DNA of 64,000 bases from the NCBI GenBank assembly GCA_020184695.1, contig JAANOX010000238.1, positions 503,630 through 567,629 on the forward strand, written 5' to 3'. This DNA comes from Histomonas meleagridis 2922-C6/04-290x (Eukaryota > Protista > Parabasalia). The notes below the pieces were generated by a model that saw only the letters and a list, made by a program, of their open reading frames with translations, was not told where the DNA came from and did not search any database. Numbering within the stretch: the first letter of the stretch is position 1; every line of letters begins with the position of its first letter. Below, in pieces: positions 56,539 through 64,000 of the stretch. The translations under genes were made by a program, and so were the position numbers.

Positions 56539-59220
56539 ATGGAATTAATTAATTTTGTTCATTATCTCGACCAAGTTGCAAATAAAACAAGAATTGAAAA
56601 TAATACAGATAATCCTGAATTTCAACAGATACAATTTTTATCTGATAGAGAAGATGCTCTTCCTCTTGCACAAGCAATTATGCAATATGCAGAAACTGAT
56701 ATTGTTTTGTTTGCTGGAAGCCGTATTTTAAATGATATTGTTCTAAACAAATGGGATATAATGTCTCCACAAGATAGATTAAGTTTTAGATTATTTGTGA
56801 TAAATACATATAATTCTCTATCTCCTTCAATGCCTGTTTATGGAAGTATAGAGAAAGTTTTGTCAGCAATAGCAATTAAAGAATTTCCTGAAAATTGGCC
56901 TGATTTTATCACATCACTAATTCTCAAAGAACAACCAAATTTTCGCTTTTTTTCAGATTTTTTATCGAACCTCCAAACATTACCCTCAATTACAACACAA
57001 AGATATGAATTAATCAAGTCAGCAATTCAATCATTTATTCCAGAAATCATCAAATCTATCATTATGGTATTTCCAAATTTTGATTCGCCAACTCTCCTTA
57101 CACGATTGATCCCATATATGACTCCATCGATGATTAATGAACTTGCATCTTCTCCGATATTCGAAATCAATGACAATCAACTTGTTCAACCATTATGCCA
57201 GCTTCTTTTAAGTACAGAAATTCATGAAAATCTCATTCGTTCACTTTTTAATCGATTAGTATTAATTATTACTACCAGTGGAATTGATGAATCAGATTCA
57301 CTTTCATTAATATCTCTTATGCAACAACACCTTCCAATCCTTGAAACTCTGGAAACCATTCAAGGTGTTCAAATAATCCATCAATTTTTCTTATCACTTG
57401 ATTTTTATGATTCTATTGAATATTGGGAATATTTTATGTTATTAATATATTCCGATTATAAAAACGGAGACAACAAAAGACTGAATATTCACGGGAATAC
57501 AATACAAACACTTATGATAAATACAATTAATAATTTCCCAACTCCAAATGATTTTCTTGTATATAATGAAAACAATAATTTAATATTTCATACTTCTGCT
57601 TTATATGGACAAATGAAAACATTACTTTTATGCTTAATTAATACAATTGGCGAAAGCGCAATCCAATTTATAAATAATGCGTTTGAAGAAATATCAAATA
57701 ATTTTACCGAAATGAAATTTGTTTCTTTAGTTTGGGTATCCGCAACAATATCATTATATAAAGTTAACGAAGAATTCATTGCGAAGTCATTACAATTTGT
57801 TTATAATGTATATATTTCAACACAAGAAAAAATTGCTGCAATATGTTTCATATATTTATCAATGTATTACATAAAAATTAATAAAATTTCAAATGAAATG
57901 GCTTTAATGGCAACTCAAATTGCATTTAAAGGTTTAACAATTGAATCAACACAAAAAATTTCCACAAATTTTATAAATACAATTTCTAAAATAATGCCAC
58001 AAATTTTAGCACAAATTTTTATACCACAAATAATTCAAGACATTTTATCATCATCAATTTTTCCATTGGATATATTTACAATACTTTCGGAATCAATTTG
58101 TCATATTGATTTAATTACACAATTTGATTCCACAAAAATTATAGCTGAAAGATGGAACAAACTTCAAAATATGCAAATATCATTTGAATATACGCATGAA
58201 TTACAAATAATAATTTCTTCTTTAATTGGATTTTCGAAAGTTAATTCGCAATGTATAATCACAATATTAAATCAAATTTTACCAACTTTGCAAAACACTA
58301 CTCAACAATTTTTAAATTTAATTGTTGAAATATATAAAAATAATGGGTCATTATGTAAATCACGTGATGATATACAATTAATGATCGGCTTTATGAAAAA
58401 TGTTACAATACTTTTAAAAGAAACACGTTATGTGAATTGTCAATGGGTAATTTCATTATATTCGAATTTGCAACCTGAATTACGATTCCCTGAAACACTT
58501 CTTTTGGTTGAAGCAATTTTATGTGAAAATAATATTCCAAAAGAAGTTATACAATATATACAAAACATTGTAATTCTACCTGCTGAAGAAATGATAAATT
58601 TCGATAAAACTTTGTTTATGAATCATACGATTTTATTGCCAAAAGTATTATACGCTTTGATTTCAAAACATTTCGAATATATTCAGCCTAATGATATCGA
58701 AACAATTATTTCTTTGTTAAATATTTCAAATACACAAATTGTTCCTTATGTTTTAATGTCAATTCAAATTCTATTTAATAATACTTTCCAACTACAAAAT
58801 TGTCAAACAAAAGAAACAATTATGAAACAATACTTTCCTAAAGTTTTAATAAGTTTAATATCAGTAACATGTGAACCTTCATATAGAGACTTCTTTGTGG
58901 ATATGATAAATTTATGTTTCGAAATTTTGGAAATAATTAAAAAAGTTGAAATAAATTTATTCAATGAAATCGATAATTTAAACGGAATAGTAAATTTAAT
59001 AGCACAGGAATTATGTAAAGAATCTTTTGTACCTTTCGAAGAAATGATACAAATGATTTTGATATTGTGCCAACAAAATAATATTAACAATTTCGAATTG
59101 TTAATGGTACAAATTGTGTCAAAGACCAAACAAAGTTCTCCTGCAGAAACTTTAAGGCATTTACAAATACAAAAAACCAAAAACCAAATACAAATCGATC
59201 TGAATACATCAATTGTTTGA
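56539..59220 (+). CDS. Divergent karyopherin-beta, exportin-1-like
   Basis: N-terminal IBN_N-like segment (..IL.D.V..KW..M...R..FR), IAIKEFPENWPDFI and LYGQMK.LL..L; 893-aa HEAT-like protein. Confidence 0.65.
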   Translation: MELINFVHYLDQVANKTRIENNTDNPEFQQIQFLSDREDALPLAQAIMQYAETDIVLFAGSRILNDIVLNKWDIMSPQDRLSFRLFVINTYNSLSPSMPVYGSIEKVLSAIAIKEFPENWPDFITSLILKEQPNFRFFSDFLSNLQTLPSITTQRYELIKSAIQSFIPEIIKSIIMVFPNFDSPTLLTRLIPYMTPSMINELASSPIFEINDNQLVQPLCQLLLSTEIHENLIRSLFNRLVLIITTSGIDESDSLSLISLMQQHLPILETLETIQGVQIIHQFFLSLDFYDSIEYWEYFMLLIYSDYKNGDNKRLNIHGNTIQTLMINTINNFPTPNDFLVYNENNNLIFHTSALYGQMKTLLLCLINTIGESAIQFINNAFEEISNNFTEMKFVSLVWVSATISLYKVNEEFIAKSLQFVYNVYISTQEKIAAICFIYLSMYYIKINKISNEMALMATQIAFKGLTIESTQKISTNFINTISKIMPQILAQIFIPQIIQDILSSSIFPLDIFTILSESICHIDLITQFDSTKIIAERWNKLQNMQISFEYTHELQIIISSLIGFSKVNSQCIITILNQILPTLQNTTQQFLNLIVEIYKNNGSLCKSRDDIQLMIGFMKNVTILLKETRYVNCQWVISLYSNLQPELRFPETLLLVEAILCENNIPKEVIQYIQNIVILPAEEMINFDKTLFMNHTILLPKVLYALISKHFEYIQPNDIETIISLLNISNTQIVPYVLMSIQILFNNTFQLQNCQTKETIMKQYFPKVLISLISVTCEPSYRDFFVDMINLCFEILEIIKKVEINLFNEIDNLNGIVNLIAQELCKESFVPFEEMIQMILILCQQNNINNFELLMVQIVSKTKQSSPAETLRHLQIQKTKNQIQIDLNTSIV

Positions 59221-59383
59221 ATAAAAATTATTTTTATGTTTTATGTGATATTATCGGCACGTGTAAATCTCTGAATTTGGTGTTTATGAAAGCAAAAATA
59301 ATTATTATGTTTATACCCATTATGTAATACATCTAATGAAGCCAATTATAAACATACGAAAAATATAAAGACATAACAAATGT

Positions 59384-60274
59384 TTAATTATTTATTTCAT
59401 TGAATTTGCATTGTTCAAATTCCAAATCAAGTAATTGTACATCCGTAGCATTGTACACAGTATTTACTTTTGTTATCTTTTGGGTATCAGGTAAATAATC
59501 ATCAAATACACAATCAGTTAAATATAGTCTTGCAGCATTATAAATATAAAATAGTTCATCTTTAGGGTCTTCATTACCACGTAGCCTTACATTATGCATT
59601 GCTAAGGGTGCAATGAAGAGGTAAAATGGTACATTTGAAGGAATAAGAGCTAATGTATTATCAACAAAATTGATATTGGATATGTTGGCTGTGCAACTTT
59701 CAACTGCAGAGGAAGCATAGAAGTAGAAGTGAATGCCGGCATGGTTTTTCAGAAAGTTTCCATATTGAAGTGTTAAACCATCATAAGAATATGCTCCAAG
59801 GCAACTAAAGTAACCACTTGGTATGCAATTATATGAAGAGTTAACGTAGTTAATGGAATGAAAACCACCTCGCAAAATAAGTGGGCCAGATGTTTCAGTA
59901 ATTTCACTGGAATTGGTGGAACATGCATAGATTGTTGTTTGGTTCATTTGAGATGTACCCCCATCAATAATAATAATATTAATAAAATGGCCAGCAGCAC
60001 CAGTACAATACGAAGCACATATACAATCTGACGAATATGAAGGTCCGTAATAATAACCTCCACCATAGCCTTCTGATATTGCTGTGCAGTTGTAAAAAGA
60101 GGTTGATTTTATTTGAAGTGAAATTGTAGAACTTGATATTTCAAATGCTGTCGATCCGAGAGAAGTCCGTATATTTTGGAAAACAACATTTGAAATTTTT
60201 ATTGCATTCTGTCCTGTACCAAGGCTGAATGTAAAAGATTTTGCAATAAACAAACAAGAAAAGAAGGAAAACAT
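59384..60274 (-). CDS. Predicted secreted beta-helix-like protein (trichomonad Pmp-like family)
   Basis: Hydrophobic N-terminus MFSFFSCLFIA; recurring F.N/C.A..GGG and SN.NF..N units; first ATG at 60274. Confidence 0.45.
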   Translation of the reverse strand: MFSFFSCLFIAKSFTFSLGTGQNAIKISNVVFQNIRTSLGSTAFEISSSTISLQIKSTSFYNCTAISEGYGGGYYYGPSYSSDCICASYCTGAAGHFINIIIIDGGTSQMNQTTIYACSTNSSEITETSGPLILRGGFHSINYVNSSYNCIPSGYFSCLGAYSYDGLTLQYGNFLKNHAGIHFYFYASSAVESCTANISNINFVDNTLALIPSNVPFYLFIAPLAMHNVRLRGNEDPKDELFYIYNAARLYLTDCVFDDYLPDTQKITKVNTVYNATDVQLLDLEFEQCKFNEINN

Positions 60275-60540
60275 TTGGCAACTTGACACGTTTACTTTAG
60301 TGTTGTAAATTATTCAATAGAATTTTTCAGTGTATTTTGATCAGATATCACAAATTCTGAGCTGGATGTCACGTTTTTCTATGATTTCGTTTGTAAAAAA
60401 ATGAATGAAAATAATATACCTGTAAGTTTATTAGATGTATCTATTAACAATTATTTGTATATGGTTCAAGCAATTTTACTATTTCTGTTCGATCATATTA
60501 ACATGCTCATGTCAGTGCTGTATTACATTGAAAATTCTTG

Positions 60541-60990
60541 TTATTCGTTTTCTCTGCTAATGAATTTATAAGATATTGATGGAATATGAACATCTTGTTG
60601 AACAAGAAAATTGCCATCATCGAATGGAAGAAAAGAATTCATCCAGACGTCCCATTTATGAATAAAATTCTTCAGTCGTATAATAAAATTATAATATTTA
60701 GTACTTTCCATTTGATCAATGATTTCTACAATTAGTATGTTTGAATTTTCATTACTATGTGATTTAATTGAGTTCATCATTTCTTCTACAACAAGAATCG
60801 CTTGGAAATGAGAAATAATGAAACAAGAATGATTTGTATTTGAATAATCTTATGTAAAGGCTTGAAACTTAGGATCGTATTTCTTCTTGTCGAGTTTCTC
60901 GAGATATGAAAGAATTCTCTGCTCCAGGTCGTTTTGACTAATGAGGACCGGATTTTTTTTCCAGTTTGCATATAAAATAATATGAAGTTA
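60541..60990 (-). pseudogene. Decayed ORF of unknown origin
   Basis: One minus frame runs about 145 codons (ANWKKNPVLISQ...ISRENE) with a single TAA; it lies next to the IS481-like insertion. Confidence 0.25.
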
Positions 60991-61057
60991 TTAACTCAGA
61001 AGGTTTTTGATGATAATCAAAATATCAATTTTTTCGAAAAATGATATTAAAGTTATA

Positions 61058-62398
61058 TGTTGTGTACGGAAATTCTCAAAAATCATTCAATTTCTGAGTA
61101 AACTATTGAACTTAAATTTTTGAGCTTGCAAGGAAGGAAAAAGATCGAAATTTGCCCTTTTTGGCTAGAAGCTACTGTCAAGGCAATTCAGCAAAGGAAA
61201 ACAACAATGCCAGAGTTATCATAAATAGAAGAAAACCTTTTACTCGAATAGTGGTAACGAAAAAAGTACATCCAGGAATAGTTAGAAGGGCGATCGACGA
61301 TAACGGTCTTGATCTACTTATTACCAGAGGAAGACAAAAAGTAGATTTACGCCATAAGCTCAAAGATAAAATCATCGAAATACAAAGAATATACAAAACT
61401 GGCGTTAACATAACATTCTACCAATTAATTTCCAAATCAGAAAGTGTTTCTATGTGCCAAGAAATTACAACACATCATATGATATACGACGTAATGAAGG
61501 ATAACAACGCCTTATCGTACACGGTACCGTTAAAGCCCGAAGAACCCTATCGTTGCCGATATGAAGCATCAAATCCAGATTTAATTTGGCATACTGATTA
61601 TTATAATTATAACGGAGAATATTTAATATCTTTTATAGATGATTATTCTCGTTACGTTGTATATTGTGACGCAATCTCCAACAAATTATCAGCAACTACA
61701 AAAAAGTGTCTCGAATTGACAATTCAATTCTGTGGCAACCATTTATTTTTCGTGTGGACCGATAATGGTCAGGAATTCAAAGGAGATTTTAAGAAATTCC
61801 TCGAAGAAAATGAAATCAAACAAGTTTTATCAGAAGTCAAAAACCCACAGCAAAATGGGAAATGTGAAAGATTTTGGGGTACAGCAGAAAATGCAAAAAT
61901 ATTGAAGAACTTAGAAATTGGATACATGTTTACAACAACACAACTCATTGTGGACTGCCCCAAAAAACCGTCAATGATAGGGAGACGTAACACCTCATCA
62001 AAGGTATTTCTATGGCGTTAAATGGAATCTTACAATATCTCCAACATGGAAAGTCGATGGAGTCGTCAATCCATTTATTCCATATGGGGCAAATTGCGTA
62101 AAACACTCAACAACAATTTATTTTTAGTAATTGCGAGCGGTGGCCAAGCCTGGTTTTTTCGAAAACAAACGATCACAACCGAAGTTCAAGTATGCGGTAA
62201 AATGAATAGTTTACTCAGAAATTAAATGATTCTTGAGCAGTTCCGTACAGCTGGTGTACTTAAAAATGGTCTGAATGTTTAATTGTTTGAACGAAATATC
62301 CAAATATTTCACGACGTGTATGAAAATCTGTTCAATTCGCACTTTTTAAATGATTTATACAGAAATCGAATGATTTTTGAAAATTTCCGTACAGGACA
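61058..62398 (+). mobile_element. IS481-like (rve integrase) DNA transposon, probably of the parabasalid IS481EU type, decayed
   Basis: About 45-bp imperfect TIRs TGT(TG/CC)TGTACGGAAATT(C/T)TCAAAAATCATTC with TGT..ACA ends. Transposase RYEASNPDLIWHTD..FIDDYSR..TDNGQEF..NPQQNGKCERFW (D-34-E); a 1-nt shift restores YNNTTH.GL. Confidence 0.8.
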
Positions 62399-62436
62399 TT
62401 TATCGAAGTAATATGACATATTATAGTCTCCGACAG

Positions 62437-62602
62437 TTTAAAGTGGACAATTTTTAAATAATGACCGATGAATAAAAATTAATGTTATGGCAGGAAATGT
62501 CTAAGAAACGTTAAAAAGTGGAACAATTTCTAGTGTCCAACGGAAAACTTCAACGCCAGAAAGACGATCAAAATTTTTACCAAAAAAGTGGACAATTTCT
62601 CA
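62437..62602. repeat. Three spaced copies of AAAGTGG(A)ACAATTT
   Basis: Copies near 62440, 62515 and 62585, with interspersed CAACGGA(A/C)AA; resembles subterminal repeats of a transposon end. Confidence 0.4.
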
Positions 62603-62790
62603 ACGCTCAACGGACAACCAGAGTGGTTCCTATACATTATTTTCACGAAAAAATGGGAAGTAAAGTTAAGAATTTTACTTAACGTTCATTCATATTATTT
62701 TCTATTTTATTGACTCTGGAGAGCGATCAGAATAATATTTCATTAATTTATTTATATCACCACCAAAGTCGTCGTTCAAATCTTCGAGTT

Positions 62791-63623
<833 letters not shown>

Positions 63624-63692
63624 ATTGAACGGTATAATAAACTATTTAATTCCAAAAAAGTGCATAAATTCGTTAGAAAACCAATTTTGGAA

Positions 63693-64000
63693 ATGCAAAT
63701 ACACATGATCGATTTTAATGAATTTTCTTTTACTCCAACTCAACGATTTGTAATGTTCAAAGGGAACAAAGACGAATTTTGTTTTGTTCCTGTTACTTTT
63801 AAATTTACATTAAATTTTGCATTTCAACTATATGATCAAGGTCTAATTTTTGACTTACCAAAAGCTTTATCTTTAATTGGGTTCATGCAATCAGGAATTT
63901 GGTATTGTTATCTCAAAGAAGAATCAAAAAAACTTTTATCAACCAAAACAAAATCAGAGAAATTACACACACACACAGCAGGGACTCCACTTCGTTTCAT
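63693..64000 (+). CDS. Partial ORF running off the right edge, unknown product
   Basis: ATG at 63693 followed by about 102 stop-free codons to the window end, which is unlikely by chance at this AT content. Confidence 0.4.
   Translation, partial: MQIHMIDFNEFSFTPTQRFVMFKGNKDEFCFVPVTFKFTLNFAFQLYDQGLIFDLPKALSLIGFMQSGIWYCYLKEESKKLLSTKTKSEKLHTHTAGTPLRF

Overview
AT-rich eukaryotic DNA from a parabasalid (trichomonad-type protist). Evidence: a hydrogenosomal succinyl-CoA synthetase alpha with an MLA...RN presequence, trichomonad Inr/M3/M5 core-promoter motifs, BspA-type LRR surface genes, no recognisable introns and the standard genetic code. The species cannot be fixed from sequence alone. Compact blocks of intact housekeeping genes (FYVE protein, SCS-alpha, kinase, TRAPPC8-like, SLC35 transporter, CCA enzyme, THADA-like, Rab, DNA ligase I, ATG18, histone H4, CNOT11, ribosomal P2, exportin-like) alternate with zones of nested DNA transposons and broken surface-protein genes (about 13.5-27.6 kb, 45.3-48.2 kb, 60.3-63.6 kb). 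Those zones hold pogo-like, mariner, Merlin and IS481-like elements. The most unusual items are: an in-frame VAMP7-type longin domain fused to a complete tetraspanin (30577-31668); a tail-anchored synapsin-like ATP-grasp protein; a disrupted giant gene (over 8 kb) with three tandem vWA domains; an IS481-like integrase element with TGT..ACA TIRs and a decayed 15-bp target duplication; and several gene lesions that are short fold-back palindromes. All family calls rest on motifs recognised by eye; no searches were run.
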